64,000 nucleotides of DNA from Rhodohalobacter sp. (GCF_041686455.1 NZ_JAWLDW010000004.1:64-64063), one strand, 5' to 3'; counted from the first letter of the stretch, positions 9,455 to 20,640 are shown. Notes: generated by a model not told the origin, from the sequence alone. Program-made: numbers and translations.

Positions 9455-10968
9455 TGTTCTTCTTCCACTTTGGGACTGCTTGAAAATACTTCAACCATCT
9501 CCTGCAGCAGTCCTTTCCCAAACATCATTAGCTTCTCTTGTCTGCCGAGGGCGAGGAACCGCAGCAGTAGTCTTAGATTGTGAAGCAATTTCGGAGGATC
9601 AGTTAATAGTGTTTCGTTTTCAATCACGAAATCCCAGTCTATCTCATTTTTAAATTTTACACCACGCTTCTCCATGCTCATCTTGTAGATATTGGCGATC
9701 AAGCCATAGCCAACGGTAGAAGGGTGGAGACCGTCGAGGCTGAAGATTCCTCCTTTTTCTACTTTTCCAGTTTTCTCATTAATTCGCAGATAATCTGTAC
9801 TGATGTTGGGCTCTCCCATTTCATTTATCATAAATGATGTTTTGGGATTTTTTTTCAGTGCTTCGATAAACCCGTCCGGAAATGGTGATATGGTTTCGGG
9901 GAGGTGCCGTCGCCTAGCGGCGGCCTGTACATACCGTGCTACGGGAACAACCACAAAATCATATTCATCAGCCAGTTTTTTAATACTGTGGTTATACTGG
10001 TCTACTATTTCATCCAGTTTAATTGCGTCATCGCGGGTTAAGTGCGGATGTTTGTCGGGGTTGAAATCTTCGTCCCAAATCCAGAAACGGGAATAGTAAT
10101 CAAAATAGCCGTCTTCGGGCGCGCAATCACCCAAATTGACACCGCGAATGGCCGGGGGAATAGTTACATACGGAATGGTTGGTACAAAGACTCTTTTTGT
10201 ATTTAACTCGCTGATTTTTTCATACAACGTTCTTAACTCCTGTTCAAAATGATCCGGCCGGAATACGGTACACCTTCTCTCATTGAATGGGACATTCAGA
10301 TCGTTCTCCTCAGAAAACTCAATCTTCATTTTTGTGACGGCTCCAATAATATTGTTGTGGCCCAGACAGGCGATAAGGTTTTCAATTCCTCCATCGTTAC
10401 TCAGTACTTTGAGATTATCAATCTGGCTGTGATTTTCGAATATTTTACCAAAGGTTGGGTTCAGAACTAAACGAGCAGTTGTATACATAGCCTGATCTGG
10501 CAGTACGCTAAACACAGAGTATTGAGGCTTGTTGTTACGAATAAATTCACGGCAGAACTTTTCATTCAATAACCAGCTGTCGCTAATAGAAAATCCCCAG
10601 ACTGCCTGGTTGTGATAAGGTGTCTGCTGATCTTCATTTTTAAGAGAGATCATCTGACCTTCCCAATAGGACTTGATCCTTTTTAGCGTAGAGTAGACAT
10701 GATGGCCGGCCTGAACGGAATTAAACAGGTTAATCTCATCACCAAACTCATCTTCCAGGCCACGAACAAGAATTTCCATGTTGATGGGGATTCCCGCCTG
10801 AGCAGAAAAAGAGGGCAGATTCATTTGAATATCATCACCCATCGCGCGACTCAGCAGTGCAGGGAAACTGAGATCTGTTCGGTAGATACCACCGTTTTTA
10901 AACCCTTGGGCGAGACTATCACCCATGGCCACCAGCTTATGTTTGTAGGAATTCCGTCTGAATATCAC
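9448..10968 (-). CDS. SGNH/GDSL-type hydrolase with large insertions
   Basis: Block I GDSL (MGDSLAQG), block III-like LGHNN, block V DGLHP; 7-nt convergent overlap with hemG. Confidence 0.75.
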   Translation of the reverse strand: MIFRRNSYKHKLVAMGDSLAQGFKNGGIYRTDLSFPALLSRAMGDDIQMNLPSFSAQAGIPINMEILVRGLEDEFGDEINLFNSVQAGHHVYSTLKRIKSYWEGQMISLKNEDQQTPYHNQAVWGFSISDSWLLNEKFCREFIRNNKPQYSVFSVLPDQAMYTTARLVLNPTFGKIFENHSQIDNLKVLSNDGGIENLIACLGHNNIIGAVTKMKIEFSEENDLNVPFNERRCTVFRPDHFEQELRTLYEKISELNTKRVFVPTIPYVTIPPAIRGVNLGDCAPEDGYFDYYSRFWIWDEDFNPDKHPHLTRDDAIKLDEIVDQYNHSIKKLADEYDFVVVPVARYVQAAARRRHLPETISPFPDGFIEALKKNPKTSFMINEMGEPNISTDYLRINEKTGKVEKGGIFSLDGLHPSTVGYGLIANIYKMSMEKRGVKFKNEIDWDFVIENETLLTDPPKLLHNLRLLLRFLALGRQEKLMMFGKGLLQEMVEVFSSSPKVEEEHQ

Positions 10969-11036
10969 GTGATGAAAATTTGTAACTTGCCGACGTTAGA
11001 TACTTCAATGTACCATTTGCTCTAATCAAAACGAAT

Positions 11037-11414
11037 ATGTCTAAAAAAACAAATCGACTGGAAGAATTTCGCGAAAAACGTTCTGAAATGAACGATAAAA
11101 TTATGGATCTCAATCACCTTGGTGTGAAACGATTCTTCAACCTAGATAGCAATACGTATCGAGATGGGGCGCTTTCGGGTGAGACAAAAGAGTTACTTGG
11201 ATTGGTTGCTTCTGCCGTTCTTCGCTGCAATGACTGTATTGATTATCATCTGGAACAGTGTGCTAAGAGTGGTTTTACTAAAGATGAGATTATAGATGCG
11301 ATGAATGTTGCTTTGGTAATTGGCGGCAGTATTGTTATTCCACATATGCGTCATGCCGTAGAAACACTCAAATTTCTTGAAGGCGAGGGAGCCCTTAAAG
11401 TTGAGAGGGATTAA
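11037..11414 (+). CDS. carboxymuconolactone decarboxylase/AhpD-like protein
   Basis: KELLGLVASAVLRCNDCIDYH with CxxC. Confidence 0.88.
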   Translation: MSKKTNRLEEFREKRSEMNDKIMDLNHLGVKRFFNLDSNTYRDGALSGETKELLGLVASAVLRCNDCIDYHLEQCAKSGFTKDEIIDAMNVALVIGGSIVIPHMRHAVETLKFLEGEGALKVERD

Positions 11415-11539
11415 CCCGGTTTAATAACTGCCTCTCGTCCCGATTTTCGGGACAGACGAACCCGCAGAGTTCCTCAGGTTGAAACCTGTGGCTATGAGTT
11501 TGGCTTTGTTACGCCATTTGGATTAGCAGCCTGTCATCA

Positions 11540-11733
11540 GGAGATGTCTCGACTCCGTACCGACAAAGAGCGTCAGGACTTCGCTCGACATGACAATCAA
11601 ATAAAATACAAGAAAAACAGGGCTGTTCAGCAATTAGCTGAACAGCCCTGTTTTTTTATTCCATGTATGATGTTGTCATGTCGAGCGGAATGCAGGCAAA
11701 CGGAGTGAACAGGAATGGAGTCGAGACATCTCC
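11540..11733. repeat. nested inverted repeat (REPIN-like)
   Basis: GGAGATGTCTCGACTCC (11540-11556) pairs with 11717-11733; CGCTCGACATGACAA (11582-11596) pairs with 11673-11687. Confidence 0.8.
11613..11657. terminator. bidirectional intrinsic terminator between convergent genes
   Basis: Perfect 19-bp stem AAAAACAGGGCTGTTCAGC/AATTA/GCTGAACAGCCCTGTTTTT with A and T tracts on either side. Confidence 0.8.
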
Positions 11734-11902
11734 ATCCTGTAGACAATGCTAAACTCTCACAATAAAGTGCCATAGACTTGATAAATAATATGAGTTCGAT
11801 ATAAGAAAGCTAATGACGGATTTGACCAAATCTCCCCTAAAATGGGCGCCGAAGCCTCGGGGAGAGGGGTGTCCATAGAATTTTCCTAATGAATATCCAT
11901 TT

Positions 11903-11935
11903 ACCTAAATCCCTTCCTTCTCAAGAAGGGGGACT
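11903..11935. repeat. CCCCTCC-type REP-like palindrome
   Basis: CCTAAATCCCTTCCTTCTCAAGAAGGGGGACT; related elements at 20234-20266 and 63265-63286. Confidence 0.5.
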
Positions 11936-12233
11936 TCTCATATGGCCAAATTCAGTGATTTTATATCGAATTGACGTTAAATCGATTGTTACTCTTAATA
12001 ATTGTTTTTGCTATTGAAAATGCCCGATTAAATGAAATTTGTTCCGGCTGCTACCAAGTGTCGTTAGACACGAATTATCCCTTAGCCCCACATTTCATTG
12101 TTGGGAATATTGAAAGATAGGAGATGAGAAAGTGCCGCAGGCATGGCAGGTGTTTTTCAATTTGGAGCGTGGAAATAAAAAACCCTTCAAGGGTTTTGAA
12201 CCCTTGAAGGGTTTAATTAAGAGAATTAGTGAC

Positions 12234-13628
<1,395 letters not shown>

Positions 13629-13703
13629 TCAGTTATTTGATTTGAATGTTAAATAGGTAGAACAATCTGTCTTCTTAACAGACAGTATTAGCAAAGGAGA
13701 GAA

Positions 13704-13796
13704 TTATAAAGACGGGTATGCGTGGGGGCTGATAACAATATCTTCAGCTATTAAGCTGTAGCTGATTATTTGATATGTTTGTGTAATTTTTTCCAT
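13704..13796 (-). CDS. putative 30-aa leader peptide of tpl (MEKITQTYQIISYSLIAEDIVISPHAYPSL)
   Basis: Translated by hand: ATG at 13796, TAA at 13704-13706, A-rich upstream context, 3 Tyr, ends 84 nt before tpl. Below the ORF-track length cutoff. Confidence 0.45.
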   Translation of the reverse strand: MEKITQTYQIISYSLIAEDIVISPHAYPSL

Positions 13797-13921
13797 TCGT
13801 CTTATTTATAAATTTAATGTAGGATATTTGATACTTACTCTCCAATCAATTTTCAGTACAAAGCACGATTTGATATTTCGAACTGTTATGGTATCCTGAT
13901 GAACCACAATTCGTAATCAAT

Positions 13922-14683
13922 ATGCCTCTAATCCAATATTTTATCAGAAAATGGGTGACAGCCAAACCACTGTCTGATGCGCGGCTGAGAATTTTGTACG
14001 GAAAAGTGCCCATTTATAATAAGTTACCCTCCGGCTATAAAGATTTGCTTCATGACCGAATGAAAGTTCTGCTTCATGAAAAATATTTTGAGGGATGCGG
14101 GGGATTAAAATTGACGGAAGAGATGAAAGTTGTTATAGCAGCTTATGCATCCGTCTTAATTTTAGAGGAGAAAGCAGACTATTACGGTGATTTAAAATCA
14201 ATCCTTGTCTACCCGGATGATTATTTTGCACCTGTAAACCAGGAAACAGATGGTGGTTTTATTGAAGAGGGATATGAGAACAGAAAAGGAGAATATTGGC
14301 ATGCCGGTGTGATTGTTTTATCCTGGAATGATATTGAATCACAACTCTACGGGGAGGATCGAGGGAGTGGCCAGAATCTGATTTATCACGAATTTTCACA
14401 CTTTCTGGATGATCGATATGGGCTTACAGCCGGTATCGATCAAAACGGTGATACCCTACGCGATGATGAATGGACAGTGGTCATTGCAAAAGCATATCGA
14501 AATTTAAGGTTTACCGGCAAGCACTCTTTTCTGGATCTGTATGGTGCGGAGAGTCCGGCAGAGTTCTTTTCGGTTGCGACAGAACTCTTTTTTGAACGGC
14601 CTGAAAAACTTCTTCAAGAGAACAAAAAGCTATATATCCTGCTTCAGAATTTTTATCGGCTGGATCCAATACGGTGGAAATAA
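13922..14683 (+). CDS. zinc-dependent peptidase, MtfA/M90 family
   Basis: EKYFEGCGGL, ILVYP, VLSW, HEFSH (HExxH), YGAESPAEFFSVATELFFE.P. Confidence 0.9.
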   Translation: MPLIQYFIRKWVTAKPLSDARLRILYGKVPIYNKLPSGYKDLLHDRMKVLLHEKYFEGCGGLKLTEEMKVVIAAYASVLILEEKADYYGDLKSILVYPDDYFAPVNQETDGGFIEEGYENRKGEYWHAGVIVLSWNDIESQLYGEDRGSGQNLIYHEFSHFLDDRYGLTAGIDQNGDTLRDDEWTVVIAKAYRNLRFTGKHSFLDLYGAESPAEFFSVATELFFERPEKLLQENKKLYILLQNFYRLDPIRWK

Positions 14684-14793
14684 TAAGATTAAAAATGTAT
14701 TAGTTGACGAACTTTCTTAAATGACGGTGTGTTGAGTCGGGGTAAGTCTTAAAAATTAAGGCTCGCATAAACTTTAATTAACCTTATATCGTC

Positions 14794-15657
14794 ATGGATT
14801 TAATTAGTTCTTTAGGGAATTCGACCTTTGAAAACTATGTCGCGATGGAATCCGGGTTTACGGAAATGGCCTACCAAATGTCGGCCCACGTTCTTACTCT
14901 CGGTTACGCGATTATGTTGGCAGGGTTGCTTTACTTTGTTTTGACCATTAAGACCGTAAAACCGAAATACAGAATATCTTCAGTTCTATCTGTAGTTGTA
15001 ATGATTTCAGCATTTTTGCTGCTGCTTGTACAACAGCAAAACTGGACAGGAATGCTTACTTATGATGCAGACTCTGCCCGATATGTGCTGGATGAAGGAG
15101 CCGACCTGTTTAATAACGGTTATCGTTATTTAAACTGGTTAATTGATGTTCCGATGTTGCTGTTTCAGATTCTGTTTGTAGTAACCCTGACCAAAAGTGA
15201 CTTCAGCTCAGTTCGAAATGGATTTTGGTTCTCTGGTACTGCAATGATTCTTACCGGGTATGTAGGCCAATTTTATGAAGTAACAGATCCAACATTGTTC
15301 TTCATCTGGGGTACAGTTTCAACGCTTTTCTTCTTCCATATTCTATACCTGATGAAAAAAGTAATTTCTGAAGGCCAGGAAGGAGCACCTCCAAAAGCAC
15401 AGAAATATCTTGGCACAATCTGGAAGTTATTCCTTTTCACCTGGATGCTCTATCCGGGCGCGTACCTGATGCCTTACCTAACGTTTGGCGGACTTGAGCC
15501 GGTCTTGAGCGAGACTCTGGTTGTAGCGCGACACATTACATATACCATTGCTGATGTAGGTTCTAAAGTAATTTACGGTATACTGCTTACTCTGGTAGCT
15601 CAGGAAATGAGCAAAGCAGAAGGATATGACTTTGAGGATATGGAGAGCGCTCTCTAA
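14794..15657 (+). CDS. light-driven Na+-pumping rhodopsin (NaR, NDQ motif)
   Basis: Helix C NGYRYLNWLIDVPMLLFQ matches KR2 as recalled (N114/D118/Q125 here); helix G ADVGSKVIYG carries the retinal Lys; 7 TM. Confidence 0.95.
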   Translation: MDLISSLGNSTFENYVAMESGFTEMAYQMSAHVLTLGYAIMLAGLLYFVLTIKTVKPKYRISSVLSVVVMISAFLLLLVQQQNWTGMLTYDADSARYVLDEGADLFNNGYRYLNWLIDVPMLLFQILFVVTLTKSDFSSVRNGFWFSGTAMILTGYVGQFYEVTDPTLFFIWGTVSTLFFFHILYLMKKVISEGQEGAPPKAQKYLGTIWKLFLFTWMLYPGAYLMPYLTFGGLEPVLSETLVVARHITYTIADVGSKVIYGILLTLVAQEMSKAEGYDFEDMESAL

Positions 15658-15682
15658 TTTCTTAAATTTATTACTCTTTATT

Positions 15683-15718
15683 AAAACCCCTCTACTTTTG
15701 CAGTGGAGGGGTTTTTTT
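15683..15718 (+). terminator. intrinsic terminator after rhodopsin
   Basis: AAAACCCCTCTAC-loop-GTGGAGGGG followed by a T tract. Confidence 0.8.
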
Positions 15719-15758
15719 ATTATACGTATCAGTGGTTTCAGATTGTTATATTTGCACA

Positions 15759-16775
15759 ATGATATTTCAGAAACTCGCCACTTTACTTTTGTTTGTTTTT
15801 TTCGCTTTCTCAGCGGCATGTTCTGAGGAAAGTATTACACCTCCACCTGCACCGGAATCATCGGTAAATATTATTATATCCGGTAACGAAGAACCTGTAA
15901 AACCGGATTTGAAAGGCCCTTCTATCTATCTGATGGGCAAAGGTATGCCGGCGCTCTCTTCCTTTGAGTACTTTTTAGATACTTTAGCCGATTCACATGT
16001 GGATATTGTGGTGCTTGCAGGATCATCTGCATCAGGCGGTTCAGCTACTCCCGAGTGCGATCTTTTGATGGAATTGGATCATGTCAATTCATGTGCAACT
16101 GCCACAGTTCAGTCCCAGGAAGAGGCAAATAGTGAGGAACTTGTGGAAATTATTGATCAAAGTGAGATCATATACTTTGCAGGCGGTAATCAGTGCGTGT
16201 ACGTAAACTGGAGAGATTCTAATCTGCACTACGCCATCAACCAGCTCGTCGAAAGGGGCGGAGGTATTGGCGGCGGCAGTGCCGGGCTGGCGATAATGGG
16301 AGATATGATTTATGATGGCTGTTCAGGAAGTGTTCGTTCGGATGAAGCACTGTCTGATCCTTATCATGAGTATATTAGCATATCAGAAGGTCTGTTTGAA
16401 CTCTCATCGTTCGACAACACAATTACAGACAGTCACTTTTCTGAACGGGATCGCTTGGGCAGGTTCATTAGCTTTATGGCGAGAATTTCGTCAGAAAAAG
16501 ACAGAGATGAATACTTTGGCATTGGATTGGATGATAATACATCCATAGTTATTGACCACAGCAGTACCGGAAAAGTGTTTGGCGGTTATGCAACAAGACT
16601 TAAAACAACAGAGAGAGCTCAACATGCAGAAGAGGGGATTCCTGTTACAATTTATGGTGTAGAAAGAGTTGTTTCTGCTCCCGGTGAGACAATCAATATT
16701 AATGAATTCAATTTTGAACAGAGAGATATAATTGATGTGGAAAGTGGAGAGATTATTTTTAGGAATGAAGATTAA
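15759..16775 (+). CDS. cyanophycinase-like peptidase S51, lipoprotein
   Basis: Lipobox SAAC; YFAGGNQ, GGGSAG (nucleophile Ser), DSHF.ERDRLGR. ATG at 15759 preferred over the ORF-track start. Confidence 0.8.
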   Translation: MIFQKLATLLLFVFFAFSAACSEESITPPPAPESSVNIIISGNEEPVKPDLKGPSIYLMGKGMPALSSFEYFLDTLADSHVDIVVLAGSSASGGSATPECDLLMELDHVNSCATATVQSQEEANSEELVEIIDQSEIIYFAGGNQCVYVNWRDSNLHYAINQLVERGGGIGGGSAGLAIMGDMIYDGCSGSVRSDEALSDPYHEYISISEGLFELSSFDNTITDSHFSERDRLGRFISFMARISSEKDRDEYFGIGLDDNTSIVIDHSSTGKVFGGYATRLKTTERAQHAEEGIPVTIYGVERVVSAPGETININEFNFEQRDIIDVESGEIIFRNED

Positions 16776-17955
16776 TTTAGCAGTCTATTCTAAGTTAAAG
16801 ACGGTTTACCGTTTTATTTATTTTTTGTTAGGAGTATCCTTCCTTACAGCCGGTTCAGTTGATGCACAGATTCTCAACCTTCCTGATGAAGAAGACAAAA
16901 AGGGTGGTGTTCACTATTCTTTGGTTCCGGTATTTGGATACAGCAGTGACACCGGATTTGTTGGAGGAGTGGTGCTTCAGAGATTCAATTACGGTGATGG
17001 ACGGTCTCCCTTTTTAAGTAACCTGAAGGCAGACATAGTATTATCTACAAGAGCCGACTTAATCAGTGAATTAAATTATGAGCGAACGCGTTTTTTTGGT
17101 CGTGATATTCGAAGCGAATACTCTGTAATTGCAGAACGTTACAAACGTGCTAATTACTTTGGTATAGGAAATGAAACGGACTTTTCCAGTCGACTATATA
17201 ATCAAGACTACTATTTTTTTGAAAAAAGGGTAATTGAATTGGCTGCACGTTATAGAAAAGGAGTAACTGAATATGGATTCGAAGGGACATTTGATGGATA
17301 TATTGAATTAGGCTTTTCATATCTGGATGCTTCAAACCGGCAAGAAGAATCACTATTTGCTATAGAGCAACCTGCCGGAGATAACAGACAACTACTTAAT
17401 AGTTTTGGATTTGGAGTGATTGCAGAAGATCGTGACAGTGAGTTCAATCCTACTGAGGGATATCGCTATGAGGCTGGAATCGAGTTTAGCGGGCCTTACA
17501 CCGGAAGCGAGTTTAATTATGCCAAGGTTCATCTTCAACTGCGAAATTATGTAGAGTTAATGCCTAAAGTTTTGATAGCTCAAAAAATTCAGGGTACGCA
17601 CTTAATGGGTGATGCGCCTTTTTGGAAACGTTCATCACTTGCCGATAAATATGGTCTGCGTGGTTACCATGAAGATCGATTTTTAGGTGACAGCTCTATA
17701 CTTCATGTTTTGGAAGCAAGATCTTGGTTATTTTCACTCCTTGAAGATGAAGTCAGATTGGGAACGCAGCTATTCTGGGACAGTGGAAGGGTGTTTTCGA
17801 AAAATGACAGCAACCGTTTATTTGATAATTGGAAACACACATTCGGTTTTGGCGGTGCAATCTCAATATTTAACCCTGATTTTATATTGCGGGGTGATAT
17901 TGGATTTTCTGATGAATCAACCCAGATATATATCGGAATAGGCTACATATTTTAA
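16765..17955 (+). CDS. Omp85/BamA-TamA family outer-membrane beta-barrel without obvious POTRA domains
   Basis: LRGYHEDRF (VRGF-like) loop 6 motif, DSEFNPTEG, C-terminal YIGIGYIF; 11-nt overlap with the upstream gene. Confidence 0.8.
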   Translation: MKINLAVYSKLKTVYRFIYFLLGVSFLTAGSVDAQILNLPDEEDKKGGVHYSLVPVFGYSSDTGFVGGVVLQRFNYGDGRSPFLSNLKADIVLSTRADLISELNYERTRFFGRDIRSEYSVIAERYKRANYFGIGNETDFSSRLYNQDYYFFEKRVIELAARYRKGVTEYGFEGTFDGYIELGFSYLDASNRQEESLFAIEQPAGDNRQLLNSFGFGVIAEDRDSEFNPTEGYRYEAGIEFSGPYTGSEFNYAKVHLQLRNYVELMPKVLIAQKIQGTHLMGDAPFWKRSSLADKYGLRGYHEDRFLGDSSILHVLEARSWLFSLLEDEVRLGTQLFWDSGRVFSKNDSNRLFDNWKHTFGFGGAISIFNPDFILRGDIGFSDESTQIYIGIGYIF

Positions 17956-17971
17956 TTTAATTCGTTTTTTA

Positions 17972-18700
17972 ATGATCCTTTTTACTGCAGACAGAGATAC
18001 ATCAGCAAAGTTTTTTTTGCTTGAATTAGCAAAAAAGAAAGAGTTTCTACATTTACCCCTGGAAAATTTTAAATACCATGTAAATGAAGAGGAATCAAAA
18101 CAGATTCAAGATCACATAGACGAGTTTTCTTTTATCATACATGGTAATCTGCGTAATGCCAGATATTTTTCTGAATGGATGAAGCAGAATTCGATGGTAG
18201 AGCAAGTACGCCGCCGTGTAAATATTGTTTTGGACAAGCCTACAGCCGTGTTTCTGGAAGAGTTTGGTATTCCGGCAATACAGCCGCGGGAGCCGGCAAA
18301 ACCGATCGATATATTAGAGTTTATGCTTCGTATATCGAAGGAGGGGAACACACTCTATCCCACTGCAGAGAATAAAACGGAGGAGATGCCCGGGCTTCTC
18401 AAAGAACTTCAAATGCCCGTGGCTGAATTTTCGGTCTGTAAAGAAGTTACTTTGGAGGAAGAGATTTTGAAAGACTATAAATCTGAAGTCGGTAAAAATC
18501 CAATTGAGATCGTTTTGCTTCACAACAGATCTTCTTATGTACGTGTCAAAACAGCTTTTCCGGATTTGGATCTGTCAGCTAAAACTATTGTGGCCGGCAG
18601 TTTGGGAGTTGCCGAAACAATGGAAAAAGAGGGATTAAAGCCGGATTATCTTGCAAAAGGATCGTGGGCTTCGATAGCAAAAGTTTTAGATGAAATTTAA
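17972..18700 (+). CDS. uroporphyrinogen-III synthase (HemD)-like protein, divergent
   Basis: Size and weak HemD-like segments (TLYPTAEN..EEMPGLLKELQ.PV.EFSVCK; ETMEKEGLKPDYLA). Confidence 0.5.
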   Translation: MILFTADRDTSAKFFLLELAKKKEFLHLPLENFKYHVNEEESKQIQDHIDEFSFIIHGNLRNARYFSEWMKQNSMVEQVRRRVNIVLDKPTAVFLEEFGIPAIQPREPAKPIDILEFMLRISKEGNTLYPTAENKTEEMPGLLKELQMPVAEFSVCKEVTLEEEILKDYKSEVGKNPIEIVLLHNRSSYVRVKTAFPDLDLSAKTIVAGSLGVAETMEKEGLKPDYLAKGSWASIAKVLDEI

Positions 18701-18708
18701 TTTGGGGC

Positions 18709-19593
18709 TCATCTTAGAACAGCAGCACTGTCGGGATAGTCGGTGATGAATCCGTCTACACCAATCCGAAGCATCTCTCTCATTTCATCTACGGTGTTTA
18801 CTGTCCATGGGATTACTTTCATTCCTTTCGCTTGCAGTTCAGATACAGATTCTGCATCGAGTAACTTATAATCGGGGCTCCAGATATCGGGTGTATATCC
18901 TAGCAGGTTGATGTACATATCCGGGAGCTCATCATTACTTACAAGCATCGCCTGTCTTACCTCGGGTGCCAGCTGTTTGAACGCGATTAACGTTGATGGG
19001 TCAAAAGATTGAATAATGACTCTGTCCAGCACACCAAGTTCATTGAGCTCTTCGAAAAGTAATCTTGAAAATTCTTCGGGACCGGGCACATATTCGCCAT
19101 ACCATTCCGGACGACTTTTTGTCTCAATATTATAGTGAAGAAGAGGAAGATCATTTTTACTTGCATACTCTTCTACGGCTTGAATCGCATCTGTCATCAG
19201 CGGTTTGGTTACTTCCATCGATTGTTGATCAGGGAAATTGGGATTTCCGCGTTTACCAACATCAAATTGCTGAGTCTCCTGATACGTCATATCATAGATG
19301 TTGAAATCCATCTCTTCAGATTCGATAACAGGTTCGCCATTGGGTTTTGTGCTGAACAGATGATTAAACCACGGCTCATGAGAAACCAGGATTTTGCCAT
19401 CAGCAGTAACTACAACGTCAAACTCTACGGTGTCAACACCAAGGTCTACCGCTTTTAAAAAGGCCGGGATCGTATTTTCAGGCATAATTCCGCGTGCTCC
19501 ACGGTGTCCCTGCAGATCAAATGTGTCAGACTGTTCCATGGTACAAGAAATGGTGATGAATGCTGTTAAAAAAAGAATGGGAAGATGGCGCAT
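18709..19593 (-). CDS. glycerophosphodiester phosphodiesterase, lipoprotein
   Basis: Lipobox TISC; QGHRGARG..PENT, EFDV, HE, NIETK, IQSFD, WTVN, ITDYP. Confidence 0.93.
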   Translation of the reverse strand: MRHLPILFLTAFITISCTMEQSDTFDLQGHRGARGIMPENTIPAFLKAVDLGVDTVEFDVVVTADGKILVSHEPWFNHLFSTKPNGEPVIESEEMDFNIYDMTYQETQQFDVGKRGNPNFPDQQSMEVTKPLMTDAIQAVEEYASKNDLPLLHYNIETKSRPEWYGEYVPGPEEFSRLLFEELNELGVLDRVIIQSFDPSTLIAFKQLAPEVRQAMLVSNDELPDMYINLLGYTPDIWSPDYKLLDAESVSELQAKGMKVIPWTVNTVDEMREMLRIGVDGFITDYPDSAAVLR

Positions 19594-19677
19594 ATATTTT
19601 CGATTTTATCATGAACATCGTAAGTGGCTGTTAACTTGGTGTAAATATATTGTGAATCTTTAACTATACAAGGAAAA

Positions 19678-20190
19678 ATGAAATATAAATCTCTTCTGCT
19701 ACTCAGCCTACTCTTACTAACTGCATCACTTCCGTCGGTTGCACAACAAAACTCTGACATTACTACGTTTGTCCTGGTTCGGCACGCCGAAAAAGTTGAT
19801 GATAGTGCGGATCCGGAGTTGTCACCGGAAGGATATCAGCGTGCAGAACGGCTTGCAGAGATGCTTCAAAATATATCGTTCGATGCAGTCTATTCTTCTG
19901 ATAGAATTAGAACCCGAGAAACCGTTCGTAAAATCGCCGATCAAAACAGTGTTGAAATTGTTTTCTACGAACCACATGAAACGGAAGAGGAAGTAAAGCG
20001 AATGTTAAATTCAAACACTGGCAAAACCGTTTTGGTAAGCGGCCATTCCAACACAACTCCCTTTTTTGCAAATGAACTGCTGGGCAGGGAACATTTTGCT
20101 GATAAATTCGATGAGTCAGACTACGATAACCTTTTGATTATTACTATAGCAGGTGGTGGTGAGAGTGAGCTGCTGCATTTGAGATATTGA
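19678..20190 (+). CDS. exported histidine phosphatase (SixA-like)
   Basis: Signal peptide, LVRHAEK, VSGHSNT. Confidence 0.85.
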   Translation: MKYKSLLLLSLLLLTASLPSVAQQNSDITTFVLVRHAEKVDDSADPELSPEGYQRAERLAEMLQNISFDAVYSSDRIRTRETVRKIADQNSVEIVFYEPHETEEEVKRMLNSNTGKTVLVSGHSNTTPFFANELLGREHFADKFDESDYDNLLIITIAGGGESELLHLRY

Positions 20191-20233
20191 ATTCAAAGCA
20201 AAATTAAATCAATTGATCAATTTCTTACGGTTT

Positions 20234-20266
20234 ACACACCCCTTAATCCCGTCTCGAGAGGGGATT
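20234..20266. repeat. REP-like palindrome
   Basis: ACACACCCC-TAATCCC-GTCTCGAGA-GGGATTA hairpin, related to the element at 11903. Confidence 0.5.
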
Positions 20267-20325
20267 ATTATTAGTCTTATGAAATGATTTGGACCATAGA
20301 AGCATTACATCCCAAAAAGAAATAC

Positions 20326-20562
20326 ATGGAACTCTCGAAAGATAAAATCAGCAGAATTATTGAAATGGCGTGGGAGGATCGCACCCCATTTGACGCGATT
20401 GAATTTCAATTTGGCCTCAGTGAAAAAGAAGTTATTGAACTGATGAGAAAGGAGATGAAACCGTCGAGCTTCAAAATGTGGCGCAAAAGGGTAACCGGGC
20501 GATCGACTAAACACCGAAAGTTACGCAAAGACGATGTAGACCGGTTTACCAGTCCCTACTGA
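20326..20562 (+). CDS. TIGR03643 (DUF2805) family protein
   Basis: RIIEMAWEDRTPFDAIEFQFGLSEKEVIELMR.EMK.SSFKMWRKRV.GR.TKH. Confidence 0.88.
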   Translation: MELSKDKISRIIEMAWEDRTPFDAIEFQFGLSEKEVIELMRKEMKPSSFKMWRKRVTGRSTKHRKLRKDDVDRFTSPY

Positions 20563-20640
20563 TTGGATTTTTCTTTATCAAAGTGTTTCGACTTTGCGCT
20601 GTTTGTGAAGCAGTGAATGAAGTTGGCTTTGGAAAAGACA

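Noticed and set aside
14794-15657. Proton-pumping proteorhodopsin/xanthorhodopsin or chloride pump
   Set aside because: The helix C motif is N-D-Q, not D-T-E or N-T-Q.
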